Of a DNA stretch of 64,000 nt, positions 19,130-29,175 are shown piece after piece. The DNA is from Burkholderiales bacterium. GTDB taxonomy: Bacteria; Pseudomonadota; Gammaproteobacteria; Burkholderiales; Rhodocyclaceae. The stretch is from contig JBBQAT010000001.1 in assembly GCA_038316625.1 (NCBI GenBank), positions 6,987-70,986 of the forward strand. Direction: 5' to 3'. The position numbers and the translations under genes are program-made. Position 1 is the stretch's first letter. Every line of letters begins with the position of its first letter. The notes beneath the pieces are model-generated. The model was not told the DNA's origin. It ran no database searches and worked only from the letters and a program-made list of their open reading frames with translations.

Positions 19130-19912
19130 ATGAACGATCAGCAACTTCTCCGTTATAGCCGCCACATTCTTCTGGAAGAAATTGGCATCGAAGGCCAGGA
19201 GCGCCTGCTGGGGAGTCGAGCCCTTATTATTGGAATGGGAGGCTTGGGATCGCCTGCCGCGTTGTATTTGGCCTCCAGCGGTGTCGGGCACCTCACGCTG
19301 TGCGATCACGACACAGTGGATTTTAGCAACCTGCAGCGCCAGATCATTCATCGAACGAGCACGGTCGGTCAGCCAAAAGTGTTTTCTGCGCAGGCCGCGC
19401 TGCATGAAATCAACCCAGACGTCGAATGCCTCGCCTTGCAGATACGTGTCGATGAAGCGCGACTGCTCAAACTGGTAGCAGGAGCCGACGTCGTTCTCGA
19501 TTGCAGCGACAACTTCACCACGCGTTACGCCGTCAATCGTGCTTGTGTGGCGCAGCGTAAACCGCTGATATCGGGCGCGGCGATCCTGACCCACGGGCAG
19601 GTCTCGGTGTTCGACTTCCGCCGTGACGATGCCCCGTGTTACAACTGCCTTTTTTCCGAAGCCAGCGAGGCACCGGAATTGCGTTGCGCGACAACCGGCG
19701 TGTTCGCACCGCTAGTCGGCATCATTGGAACCCTGCAGGCGGCAGAGGCGCTCAAACTACTCATCGGAATAGAGCAAGGCTTGAGTGGCAAACTGCTATT
19801 TGTTAACGCAATGGATATGAACTTCATGCGCAGCGACTTGACCAAAGACCCGTCCTGTTGCGTTTGCGGCGATAACCCGGGCCGCGTTGAAAAGAGAGTG
19901 AATTGCCAATGA
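19130..19912 (+). CDS. moeB: Molybdopterin synthase adenylyltransferase (MoeB/ThiF family)
   Basis: RYSRHI, GMGGLG, SNLQRQ, DCSDN, two CxxC; first gene of the Moco cluster. Confidence 0.85.
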   Translation: MNDQQLLRYSRHILLEEIGIEGQERLLGSRALIIGMGGLGSPAALYLASSGVGHLTLCDHDTVDFSNLQRQIIHRTSTVGQPKVFSAQAALHEINPDVECLALQIRVDEARLLKLVAGADVVLDCSDNFTTRYAVNRACVAQRKPLISGAAILTHGQVSVFDFRRDDAPCYNCLFSEASEAPELRCATTGVFAPLVGIIGTLQAAEALKLLIGIEQGLSGKLLFVNAMDMNFMRSDLTKDPSCCVCGDNPGRVEKRVNCQ

Positions 19913-20409
19913 ACGACCTGACCCATTTTTCCGACAGCGGACGCGCACGCATGGTCGATGTCTCGGAAAAATCGATTAACCAGCGCGTGGCCATCGCCAG
20001 CGGCGTCTTACGCATGCAACCTGCGACGCTGGCGCGCATCCGCCAAGGCAAGATCAAAAAGGGTGACGTCCTCACGGTGGCCGACGTCGGTGCCGTCATG
20101 GCCGCGAAGCGCACGCCGGACATCATCCCGATGTGCCATTCCATCGCCTTGACCGGCGTCGACGTGGCGTTTAGCGAAATCGTCGAACCCGACGCCAGCG
20201 GCTGTGTCGGGATCAAGGTCGTGACTACCACGAGTTGTGTCGGGCAGACGGGCGTCGAAATGGAAGCGCTGTGCGCGGCCAATGTCGGTCTGCTGACCAT
20301 CTACGACATGTGCAAGGCCATTGATCGTGGCATGCGCATCGAATATGTGCAGCTCGAAGAGAAGCGTGGCGGCAAGAGCGGTGTGTGGAAACGCGGAGAG
20401 GGAAAATGA
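19909..20409 (+). CDS. moaC: Cyclic pyranopterin monophosphate synthase
   Basis: ARMVDVS, IPMCH, TGVEMEAL, IYDMCKA, KRGGKSG. Confidence 0.95.
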   Translation: MNDLTHFSDSGRARMVDVSEKSINQRVAIASGVLRMQPATLARIRQGKIKKGDVLTVADVGAVMAAKRTPDIIPMCHSIALTGVDVAFSEIVEPDASGCVGIKVVTTTSCVGQTGVEMEALCAANVGLLTIYDMCKAIDRGMRIEYVQLEEKRGGKSGVWKRGEGK

Positions 20410-20645
20410 TCAAGGTTCTATTCTTCGGCCCGGTTGCCGAGCGTATTGGTAGTACGGCTTTGCAGGTTGAGCACCGAGCCGGTCTACGTTTACAGAATTT
20501 GCGCGACGACTTGTCAAGGCAGTACCCGCAGGCCTTCGATATCGTCTGTTTCATGGCCGTTAATGGCGCTCATGCGCGCGATCTGTCGCAAGAACTGGCG
20601 GACAACAGCGAAGTAGCCTTCATGGCCAAGTTTTCTGGAGGATAG
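20406..20645 (+). CDS. moaD: Molybdopterin synthase sulfur carrier
   Basis: IKVLFF N-terminus, AVN, C-terminal SGG; lies between moaC and moaE. Confidence 0.9.
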   Translation: MIKVLFFGPVAERIGSTALQVEHRAGLRLQNLRDDLSRQYPQAFDIVCFMAVNGAHARDLSQELADNSEVAFMAKFSGG

Positions 20646-20646
20646 G

Positions 20647-21072
20647 ATGTTGGAAGCCGTCAGGATTCAGACTGAGGATTTCTCACAGGATGAAGAAATC
20701 AAGGCCTTGCTGGGCAGTTCGAAGCGCATGGGCGGCATCGGCACCTTTCTCGGTTGCGCACGTGATTTCTCCGAAGGGCGCGAGGTTTCGGAAATCAGCT
20801 TCGATGCCTACGGCAGCATGGCGCTGTCGGAAATGAGCAATCTGCGCAACGAAGCCATCGCCAAGTTCGGGCTGCTCGACGCGCGCATCGTGCATCGCAT
20901 CGGTACAGTTAAAGGAGGCGACAATATTGTTTTCATCGCTGCGGGTGCGGAACACAGAGCCCCTGCACTTGAGGCTTGCCGCTGGATGATCGACGAACTG
21001 AAAGAGCGCGTGCCGATCTGGAAGAAGGAAGTTACGCCGCAGGGCGATACCTGGGTGGTGCCGCATCCGTAG
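20647..21072 (+). CDS. moaE: Molybdopterin synthase catalytic subunit
   Basis: HRIG, EHR, IDELKERVPIWKKE. Confidence 0.93.
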   Translation: MLEAVRIQTEDFSQDEEIKALLGSSKRMGGIGTFLGCARDFSEGREVSEISFDAYGSMALSEMSNLRNEAIAKFGLLDARIVHRIGTVKGGDNIVFIAAGAEHRAPALEACRWMIDELKERVPIWKKEVTPQGDTWVVPHP

Positions 21073-21135
21073 TTACGCAATTCGTGTGGCACCACAGAAT
21101 GTGGCGCCGGAAATTTACCGGGAGAAAGCAGAGTA

Positions 21136-22374
21136 ATGGAGAATTTACGGGCAAGCGAGGCACAGCGCGTCATTCTGGACTCTATCTCGAGGCGGGGTGT
21201 CGAATCAGTGACGCTCGAGCGGTCGTTGTCGCGCGTGCTCGGCGAGGACGTGCGAGCCAATCGTGACCTGCCACCGTACGACGTATCGGCTATGGATGGG
21301 TTTGCCGTGCGCAGTGCGGATGTCGCCCTGGCTCCCGTAACACTGCAGATCATCGAAGACATCAAGGCTGGCGATAGGCCAACTCAGGTCGTCCATGCTG
21401 GCCAGTGCGCGCGCATCATGACTGGGGCTCCGGTGCCTCAGGGAGCCGATGCGGTAATACGGGTCGAAGATACTCAGGTGGTTTCATCCAGCAGTGTGCA
21501 GATCGGCGCTACGGCCAACGCCGGTAATGATATCCGTCCGCAAGGCGAAAGCATGCGCAACGGAGATGTATTGCTGAAAGCGGGCACGGAAATCACCCCG
21601 GGCGTGATCGGTGTTCTGGCGACGGCTAAAGCGGCCCAGTTCGCCGTATTTCGCCGCCCAAGCGTGGCCATACTTTCAACCGGCAACGAATTGGAAGGTA
21701 TGGGCGATCCCGTCGACCCGAACAAAATTCCGGATTCAAATGCCTATGCCTTGATGGCGCAAGTTCAGGCCTTGGGCATCGAGCCAGTGTTGCTCGGCAT
21801 CGCGCGCGATGACCCAGTCGAACTGGAACAGTATCTTCGCCTTGGGCTTCACTATGATGTCTTGCTGGTTTCTGGCGGCACCTCTGTTGGAGTTCACGAT
21901 TACGTGCGGCCGACCATCGAAAAACTCGGCGTGCAGATGAAATTCTGGCGCGTGGCGATTCGGCCCGGGCATCCGCTGGCGTTTGGCGTGACCAACACAA
22001 GCGCTGTGTTTGGTTTACCCGGGAACCCGGTATCCAGCATGGTCTGCTTCGAGGAATTTGTTGTTCCTGCTTTGCGCCACATGATGGGCCATCGCCGTTT
22101 GTATCGCCGGACGGTGACGGCGAGACTGGCGCACCCGGTGGAATCGAGTCCGGGTCGTACGGGGTTCATTCGTGTCCAGCTAACTGACAATGGCGCAGGC
22201 TACCTTGCCAGTTCTACCGGCACGCAAAGCAGTGGCGTGCTGCTGTCCATGGCGCGGGCGGATGGCCTGCTGGTTGTTCCTGCAGGCAGCAACGGCATCG
22301 CGGAAGGCGAAGACGTCACCGTGCAATTGCTCGACGGAACGGTATTTCAGGAATCAATTGGGTTCAGGGAGTAA
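21136..22374 (+). CDS. moeA: Molybdopterin molybdotransferase
   Basis: SAMDGFA, IMTGAPVP, STGNEL, SGGTSVG, GLPGNPVS. Confidence 0.93.
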   Translation: MENLRASEAQRVILDSISRRGVESVTLERSLSRVLGEDVRANRDLPPYDVSAMDGFAVRSADVALAPVTLQIIEDIKAGDRPTQVVHAGQCARIMTGAPVPQGADAVIRVEDTQVVSSSSVQIGATANAGNDIRPQGESMRNGDVLLKAGTEITPGVIGVLATAKAAQFAVFRRPSVAILSTGNELEGMGDPVDPNKIPDSNAYALMAQVQALGIEPVLLGIARDDPVELEQYLRLGLHYDVLLVSGGTSVGVHDYVRPTIEKLGVQMKFWRVAIRPGHPLAFGVTNTSAVFGLPGNPVSSMVCFEEFVVPALRHMMGHRRLYRRTVTARLAHPVESSPGRTGFIRVQLTDNGAGYLASSTGTQSSGVLLSMARADGLLVVPAGSNGIAEGEDVTVQLLDGTVFQESIGFRE

Positions 22375-22376
22375 TC

Positions 22377-22919
22377 ATGAGTATTGCCCGCATCGGCATT
22401 TTGACCATTTCTGACCGTGCCAGCCGTGGCGAGTACGAAGACAAGGGCGGCCCAGCCATCAACGCGTGGTTTACGCGCGTGCTGACCAGCCGGTGGGACG
22501 CTGTAGCGCGGGTGATCCCTGATGAGCAGCCGTTGATCGAGGCGGCGTTGATTGAACTGAGCGACGTCGCGGACTGTTGCCTGGTCGTTACGACCGGCGG
22601 CACCGGACCGGCGGTGCGTGATGTCACGCCGGAAGCTACCGAGGCGGTGTGTGAAAAAATGATGCCCGGTTTCGGAGAATTGATGCGTGGCGCGTCGTTG
22701 AAGTTTGTGCCGACCGCTATCCTCTCACGGCAGACCGCTGGCATTCGCGGCAAGTGCCTCATCGTCAACTTACCCGGCAAACCATCCGCAATCGATGATT
22801 GCTTGAATGCCGTATTTCCTGCAATTCCCTACTGCATCGACTTGATCGACGGCGCGTACCTGGAATCGGATCCAGAGCAGTGCAGAGTTTTCCGGCCGGC
22901 GCACGCGCAACGGCGTTGA
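22377..22919 (+). CDS. mog: Molybdopterin adenylyltransferase
   Basis: SDRASRG, TTGGTGP, RDVTPEAT, LSRQTAG, NLPGKP. Confidence 0.93.
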   Translation: MSIARIGILTISDRASRGEYEDKGGPAINAWFTRVLTSRWDAVARVIPDEQPLIEAALIELSDVADCCLVVTTGGTGPAVRDVTPEATEAVCEKMMPGFGELMRGASLKFVPTAILSRQTAGIRGKCLIVNLPGKPSAIDDCLNAVFPAIPYCIDLIDGAYLESDPEQCRVFRPAHAQRR

Positions 22920-23135
22920 CCTGGATGATTGCAAGTGACTTCCTGGTGCTTCCCGTCGTGCTTTTAAAGCATCTGCTCAGCCACAGCGCGCATGAACAGA
23001 CAGTCTACGACAAGAGGTGCTGAAGAGAGCCGTGCCTATTGGCTTTCCGCATTGATCCGCTGTGGATGACCAATTGGTGCGGCTTCCAGCAGTGGCCATT
23101 ATTCAATTATCGAAGACGCCGAAAATTGTGATGAC

Positions 23136-23246
23136 TCATTGCTCCGATTCAACGTTGCGCCGTGAGCTGAAATAAATATTAAGCGCCTGGGGCAAGAAAA
23201 TGCATACGATCAGGGCCATCACATAAGCAGTTGTCGTTAAGTTCAT
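23136..23246 (-). CDS. Putative 36-aa single-pass membrane peptide (below the ORF-track cutoff)
   Basis: AAGGA-ataaaca-ATG; MNLTTTAYVMALIVCIFLPQALNIYFSSRRNVESEQ* has a hydrophobic stretch followed by RR. Confidence 0.5.
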   Translation of the reverse strand: MNLTTTAYVMALIVCIFLPQALNIYFSSRRNVESEQ

Positions 23247-23599
23247 TGTTTATTCCTTCGTTAGTAGAAAATGTCATTTGACGAAACCAATTCTATCGAA
23301 ACGCGTGCATTTAGACTGTTGCTTCATTTGTCTTATTTGGTATCCAAATGTAACCATCCTGTTTTTTCCGAATTTTTCGCCGCGCAATGACTGCGCCAAT
23401 CGATATCATCGAGAACGTTCCATCGTGGTCGATGATCCTCTTGGCGGGTGTCATTTCTGGGGTGATTCCACCCGGAACGAAATACAGGGTGCGGGACTTC
23501 ATCAGGCAGCTCCAGGTTGCCATTCTGCATAAGTTTGCTACATCGAGTGGACGATGAGAACATAGTGGTTTCGTAACCGTGCTTTAACGCAGGATTGAC

Positions 23600-24931
23600 A
23601 TGACGCAGATGACCCCGCAGGAAATCGTTCACGAACTCGATAAGCATATTGTTGGCCAGGGAAAGGCCAAGAAGGCCGTTGCCATTGCCTTGCGCAATCG
23701 CTGGCGGCGTGCGCAGGTTGAGGAACCCTTGCGCCAGGAAATCACGCCAAAGAACATTCTGATGATCGGGCCGACGGGTGTTGGCAAGACGGAGATTGCG
23801 CGTCGTTTGGCACGCTTGGCCAATGCCCCCTTCATCAAGATCGAGGCGACCAAGTTTACCGAAGTCGGCTATGTCGGGCGCGATGTGGAAACGATCATCC
23901 GCGATCTGGCCGAAATCGCTATCAAGAATGGCCGTGAGCAGGCCATGAAGTCTGTTCGCGTACGGGCGGACGATGCGGCGGAAGAGCGGATTCTAGATGC
24001 CCTGCTGCCACCGGCACGCGGCAACTTCTTCAACGAGACGCAGGTTGCTGACGAAAATACAACGCGCCAGAAATTCCGCAAGAAACTGCGGGAAGGAGAA
24101 CTCGACGACAAGGAAATCGAGATCGAAGTGGCCGGGCAGTCAATGCAGGCTGAAATATTTGCCCCGCCGGGAATGGAAGAGCTGACCACGCAGATCCAGG
24201 GCATGTTTCAGAATATGGGCGGTGCTCGCAAGAAGTCGAGGAAGTTGAAGATCAGCGAGGCGCGCAAGCTGCTGATCGAAGAGGAGGCCGCGAAGCTGGT
24301 CAACGACGAAGAGGTTAAGCACGATGCCGTGCGTGACGTCGAGCAGAACGGCATCGTTTTCCTTGACGAGATCGACAAGATTACGTCGCGCAGCGATTCG
24401 CATGGTGCCGATGTTTCGCGTCAGGGCGTGCAGCGCGACCTGTTGCCGCTGGTCGAGGGGACGACGGTATCGACCAAATACGGCATGATTCGTACCGATC
24501 ACGTGCTGTTCATCGCTAGCGGCGCGTTCCATCTGGCCAAGCCGTCCGACCTGATTCCAGAGTTGCAGGGGCGTTTCCCGATTCGGGTTGAGCTCGATTC
24601 ACTGTCGGTTTCTGATTTCGAGCGCATTCTGACCCAGACCGATGCCTGTCTGACTATGCAGTATCAGGCGTTGATGGCCACGGAAGGCGTCTCGCTTGAA
24701 TTTCTTCCGGATGGCATTAAGCGTCTGGCCGAGGTCGCCTGGTCGGTTAACGAACGGACCGAGAACATCGGTGCGCGTCGTCTGTACACGGTCATGGAAC
24801 GCCTGCTCGAAGAGGTGTCGTTTACCGCCGGGAGTACCGGGGCGCAGTCGATCACGATTGATGCCGCCTATGTCGATGGACGCCTGGCTGAACTGGCCAG
24901 GAACGAGGACCTGTCGCGCTACGTTTTGTAG
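23600..24931 (+). CDS. hslU: HslUV protease ATPase subunit
   Basis: [38 protein letters not shown]-terminal DLSRYVL. Confidence 0.97.
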   Translation: MTQMTPQEIVHELDKHIVGQGKAKKAVAIALRNRWRRAQVEEPLRQEITPKNILMIGPTGVGKTEIARRLARLANAPFIKIEATKFTEVGYVGRDVETIIRDLAEIAIKNGREQAMKSVRVRADDAAEERILDALLPPARGNFFNETQVADENTTRQKFRKKLREGELDDKEIEIEVAGQSMQAEIFAPPGMEELTTQIQGMFQNMGGARKKSRKLKISEARKLLIEEEAAKLVNDEEVKHDAVRDVEQNGIVFLDEIDKITSRSDSHGADVSRQGVQRDLLPLVEGTTVSTKYGMIRTDHVLFIASGAFHLAKPSDLIPELQGRFPIRVELDSLSVSDFERILTQTDACLTMQYQALMATEGVSLEFLPDGIKRLAEVAWSVNERTENIGARRLYTVMERLLEEVSFTAGSTGAQSITIDAAYVDGRLAELARNEDLSRYVL

Positions 24932-24943
24932 TTAGCGGAAGAG

Positions 24944-25375
24944 CTATTTTACCAGAAGGATCGGGATCGTTGAAAGATTCACGACCTTCATGGTGATCGA
25001 GCCCATCAGGAAGTCTTTGAACGCGCCGCGACCGTGCGTGCCCATGACAATCTGGTCGCACTGCAGCAAGTCGGCGAGGTTGGTGATCACTTCGGCAACG
25101 TTGCCAACTTCGTGGTGGCAGGTGTATTTGGCACCAGCCGCAGCAAGAAGCCGGCAGGCCGCCTGCATCGTCTTTTCGCTTTCTTCTCGATGAAAAGCGG
25201 CGATCTGATCATGGCTGACAAAACGGGAGATGTTTTGTGAGAAGTTCGCCTGAACATTGACCAGATGGATCTCCAAGTCTTCCGGGTTTTGGTAGAGGGA
25301 ACGCTTTGAGATCACCAACTCTACGCCATGGCGCGCACATTCCGAGCCGTCAATGGGGATAAGCACTTTTTTCAT
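24944..25375 (-). CDS. Universal stress protein
   Basis: VLIPIDGS, VMGTHGRG, MGSI, PILLVK. Confidence 0.9.
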   Translation of the reverse strand: MKKVLIPIDGSECARHGVELVISKRSLYQNPEDLEIHLVNVQANFSQNISRFVSHDQIAAFHREESEKTMQAACRLLAAAGAKYTCHHEVGNVAEVITNLADLLQCDQIVMGTHGRGAFKDFLMGSITMKVVNLSTIPILLVK

Positions 25376-26073
25376 GAAATTTCTTTCGATGTTTCAGACC
25401 GCTTTCTGGTGTTCAGAAATTTTCCGACGGCGAGAATCAGTACAGCACCGAAGAGGGGGACGATCTCGTGTAGTGAGTGGAAGTTGGCATCGATCCAGCC
25501 CATGACGGCGGGATCGGTTACGGCCATTTCACCGCCCACGTAGCCGAGAAGTGCGCCACCAATGGTGATGATGATCGGGAATCGCTCCATCAGGCGCAGC
25601 AGCATGTTGGCTCCGAAGATTACCAGCGGAATCGAAATCGTCAAGCCGATGATCAGCAGCGCGTAACTGCCTTTGGCGGCGGCGGCAACTCCCAGGACGT
25701 TATCCAGGCTCATCACCAGGTCTGCGACCAGAATGGTACGGATGGCCGTGGTGAGGTTGCTGCTCGATTCGATTTCACCTTCGCTCTCATCCGAATTAAG
25801 CAGCTGGATGCCGATCCACATCAGGAAAACGGAGCCGATCAGTTTAAGGTAGGGCATCGAGAGCAAGGCGACGGCGGTGAGCGTCAGTATGATACGCATG
25901 ACGATGGCTGCACCGGAGCCCCAGACCACCGCCTTTTTTTGCTGATCGGGAGGCAGTGAGCGCGAGGCCAGCGCGATCACCACAGCGTTGTCGCCAGAGA
26001 GCACGATATTGATGCCGATGATCTTCGCCAGCGGGATCAGGAACAGCTCAGGAGATGTTAAATAATCAAGCAT
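25372..26073 (-). CDS. TerC family (YjbE-type) membrane protein
   Basis: LSGDNAVVIA, DLVMSLDNV, ISIPLV; start trimmed to ATG 26073. Confidence 0.9.
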   Translation of the reverse strand: MLDYLTSPELFLIPLAKIIGINIVLSGDNAVVIALASRSLPPDQQKKAVVWGSGAAIVMRIILTLTAVALLSMPYLKLIGSVFLMWIGIQLLNSDESEGEIESSSNLTTAIRTILVADLVMSLDNVLGVAAAAKGSYALLIIGLTISIPLVIFGANMLLRLMERFPIIITIGGALLGYVGGEMAVTDPAVMGWIDANFHSLHEIVPLFGAVLILAVGKFLNTRKRSETSKEIS

Positions 26074-26188
26074 CGTGGAGCTTCCAGTGGCCATTTCGAA
26101 GAGGCCGAATTCTACACGGCGAGCGTGTTCTCTTGGTACGCAGAGCGCAGCTAAGGGAGGGCTCTGAATACGTAGGTGTCTGGTAAGG

Positions 26189-26212
26189 CAATAAATACGG
26201 ACATCTTCATTG
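26189..26212. repeat. Dispersed 24-bp repeat, copy 1
   Basis: CAATAAATACGGACATCTTCATTG is 22/24 identical to 30475-30498. Confidence 0.75.
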
Positions 26213-26293
26213 GCCATGCCGCGCAAGCCAATGAAGATGAGGACCTTTGGGTTGTATGCCCTGAGATGACGTTTTGACGCCACCTCAGGGCAT
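26202..26293 (-). other. Two strong stem-loops between the MCP and terC genes
   Basis: Perfect 13-bp stem 26202-26214/26227-26239; 16-bp stem 26256-26271/26278-26293 with two G-U pairs on the minus strand. Confidence 0.65.
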
Positions 26294-26310
26294 GTGCTCA
26301 AGAAAAATGC

Positions 26311-28188
26311 CTAAAGGCGGAAGCGCCCGACCAGGCTATGCAAGCCATTTGACAGCGCGCTCAGGTCGGCAACGGTTCGCGTCGCACTTTGAACCGCTTG
26401 ATCTGCCTCCAGCGTCATGCGATTGACCTCTTCAGCGGCGCGCGCCATCTCGGTGGTGGCCACCGATTGCTCATGGGTGGCGTCGGCAATGTCGCGGATC
26501 GAGCTGACAATCTGCGCCACCTCGCCCTGGATTCCCGAGATTTCAGAGGCGACGGATTGCGAAGCGCTCAGCCCGGCGGCGACGGAACTCTGTGTTTCGC
26601 CCATGTCCGATAGCGCCGAGCGAATATCTACGTGCGTGGAATCAATGAGCCGTCCGATCTCGACGGTGGCTTTGGCCGTACGCTCGGCAAGTTTCCTGAC
26701 TTCATCGGCCACCACGGCGAAGCCGCGACCAGATTCGCCGGCACGCGCGGCTTCGATGGCAGCGTTCAGGGCTAGCAGGTTGGTCTGGTCGGCAATCTCC
26801 CGGATGGCTCCGATAATCGCGTTCATTGCATTGGAGCGCTCGCCGAGAGAGCTCAGCGTTGTGGCCAGACGGCCTACTTCGGTGGAAATCTTTTCGATTC
26901 CAAGAGCCAGGTCGTTGACCGCACCCACCGAGTGGCGCGATACCTCGCCGGTTTTTGCGGCCGTTTGTTCGGCGTGCTTGGCGTTTTCAGCGATGTGATT
27001 GATGCTGACGGTGATTTCCTCGATGGTGGCCGCTGTCGAACTCAAGGTTTCGGCCTGATGCTCCGACTCGACCGCCATCGAGCGCGTCACCCCGTTCAGG
27101 GAGTCGATGCCGGCATTGAGCGAGATCGCGTTTTCCCGGACTTCAATGAACATGCTGCGCAAGCTGTCGATAAAACGGTTGAAAGCGGCGGCGGTTTGCC
27201 CGATTTCGTCGTTGGAATCGGCTGAAAGTTTGCGCGTCAGGTCACCCTGTCCACTTGAGATTTCCGCCAGCGCGTCACGCAGGCCGAACAGGCCTTTGAG
27301 CAGTCTGGACAAGGCTACGTTGGCCAAAGCCGCACCCAGTGCGGCGATGATCAGGCCGGCAAATACGAGTGTCCACAGCAAGGAGCGCAGAGGTGCCAAA
27401 ATTGCTGCCTTGTCGACCACTGCGCAAAGTACCCAGTCCACACCGCCGACCGCCGAGGTGACAACATATTTGCTGCTCCCTTCGATGTCGAGTTCGCGTA
27501 GGGAAATCGTGTTGTCGGCGGATTGCAGGATGGCGGCATCGAATCCGGGCATGATTTCCGCGACGGGCTTCAAGGCCGATTCCGGCTTGGAGTGGGCGAC
27601 GATCTTGCCATCGCGTGTGGCCAGGAAGGCATACCCGTTGCCGCGCAGTTCAATCGCCTTGACCACGTCGATGATTTCTTCAAGCGAAATGTCGCCGCCC
27701 ACGACGGCCGGTGTGCCCCCGCCGTCAAACTGGCGGGCTACGGTGATACCGAGTTTCTTGGTGCTGGCAGAGATATAAGGCGCGGTAACGATGGCGTCTT
27801 TGCTGTCGATGGCTTGCTTGTACCAGGGGCGCGCCGTCGGATCATAACCTTCGGCCGCTTTCTTTTCCGCCAGGTTGTAGATCATGCGTTTGTCGGCATA
27901 ACCGGCGAAGGTCTGATCGAAACGGCCCGCTTCCTTGCCGGTAATCAGGAACGGGATCGGATCGCTGGCGGTGGCCAACGGCGTTGCCGTCGCACTGATC
28001 GCATCGCGTCGCTGGGCCATCCAGCGGGAAAGTGCCTCACGGTTGCCGCGCACGGCGGCTTCAATTTCCTTGTTGACGCCGTTGACAATCTCGGTGCGCA
28101 TCTGCCAATAGGACAGGCCGGACAAGGCCGCAATGACGGCCATGAGAAGTATCGCCACAAAGACGAGCAAGCGTTGTTTTAATGACAT
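26311..28188 (-). CDS. Methyl-accepting chemotaxis protein with Cache sensor and HAMP domain
   Basis: Two TM helices, [52 protein letters not shown]; GGAGG before ATG 28188. Confidence 0.95.
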   Translation of the reverse strand: MSLKQRLLVFVAILLMAVIAALSGLSYWQMRTEIVNGVNKEIEAAVRGNREALSRWMAQRRDAISATATPLATASDPIPFLITGKEAGRFDQTFAGYADKRMIYNLAEKKAAEGYDPTARPWYKQAIDSKDAIVTAPYISASTKKLGITVARQFDGGGTPAVVGGDISLEEIIDVVKAIELRGNGYAFLATRDGKIVAHSKPESALKPVAEIMPGFDAAILQSADNTISLRELDIEGSSKYVVTSAVGGVDWVLCAVVDKAAILAPLRSLLWTLVFAGLIIAALGAALANVALSRLLKGLFGLRDALAEISSGQGDLTRKLSADSNDEIGQTAAAFNRFIDSLRSMFIEVRENAISLNAGIDSLNGVTRSMAVESEHQAETLSSTAATIEEITVSINHIAENAKHAEQTAAKTGEVSRHSVGAVNDLALGIEKISTEVGRLATTLSSLGERSNAMNAIIGAIREIADQTNLLALNAAIEAARAGESGRGFAVVADEVRKLAERTAKATVEIGRLIDSTHVDIRSALSDMGETQSSVAAGLSASQSVASEISGIQGEVAQIVSSIRDIADATHEQSVATTEMARAAEEVNRMTLEADQAVQSATRTVADLSALSNGLHSLVGRFRL

Positions 28189-28302
28189 GACGCCTCCAGA
28201 AAAAAACGTATTTGAATGATTGGAATTGGGTGGATAAAACAGAACACACGGGCGAAATCTAACGTAAGACAGCAACACGTTCTGAAGAATCCTGCTGGTG
28301 AA

Positions 28303-29172
28303 TCAGCTATGGGAAAAAAACCGGTCCAGCCGATGGGCGAGTGCTTCTGGTTGGTCGTGGTGCATATTGTGCCCGCAATCGTCGATCCACGCATCCTGCG
28401 CGTTGGCAAAGCAGGCCATGCGTTCGCGAAAAGATTCCGGGTGGTCGATGAACGGCTTCATAACCGGCGAGTTGCAACCAGCAAGCAGCAGTGTTTGAGC
28501 CGTGATCCGGCGCCAGCAGGCCTTGGCTTCCTCCATCGGGTAGAGCACCGGGTTGATCCAGCGATGGCGCGGGTCGGCGGCAAATGTGAAGCCATCGTTC
28601 GTGGAGCGTAGCGAATGTTCAGCCAGGAAGGCGGCGCGTTCGGGCGTCAGGCGCGGGTTGTCTCCACACATCCGGGCGGCGAACTCCTCCTGGAGTTTGT
28701 AGTGACGGAATGTTGAATTGTTGTCGCGAATCTGTCGTAGCCAGGTCTCGAATCGGTCTGGAGTCTCGCCTGGACCGGAGACCCACAGCATGAAACCTTC
28801 CAGATTGGCCAGGCGGGATACTCGTTCGGGACGGATGCCCGCATAGAGGCTGGCAACGATACCGCCCATGCTGTGTCCGGCGATCTGCGCGGGTTGCGCT
28901 GGCGAATAATAGTCGAGCAGGGCGTCGAAGTCGGCGATGTAATCCGGGAACCAGTAGGGGCCGTCGTTCCACTGCGTCTGGCCGAAGCCGCGCCAATCCG
29001 GTGCAACGATGCGCCAGTCGCCTTGCAGGGCGTCAACGACGAACTGGAACGAGGCGCTGCCATCACCCCAGCCGTGCAGGAAAAAGAGCGTCGGGGCCGC
29101 GTCATCGCCCCAGATGCGAACGTGATGGCGTCGTTCGCGCAGGGAAATAAATTCGGAGCGAAAGGGTTTCAT
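28303..29172 (-). CDS. Alpha/beta hydrolase
   Basis: LHGW, DWRGFG, GHSMGG, GHNMHHDQP. Confidence 0.9.
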   Translation of the reverse strand: MKPFRSEFISLRERRHHVRIWGDDAAPTLFFLHGWGDGSASFQFVVDALQGDWRIVAPDWRGFGQTQWNDGPYWFPDYIADFDALLDYYSPAQPAQIAGHSMGGIVASLYAGIRPERVSRLANLEGFMLWVSGPGETPDRFETWLRQIRDNNSTFRHYKLQEEFAARMCGDNPRLTPERAAFLAEHSLRSTNDGFTFAADPRHRWINPVLYPMEEAKACWRRITAQTLLLAGCNSPVMKPFIDHPESFRERMACFANAQDAWIDDCGHNMHHDQPEALAHRLDRFFSHS

Positions 29173-29175
29173 GGC

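Noticed and set aside
23278-23647. Short ORFs as an hslV remnant
   Set aside because: No HslV motifs in the translated frames
26150-26250. yybP-ykoY riboswitch
   Set aside because: The faint AAGGGAG...GACCTTT resemblance lies on the strand antisense to terC
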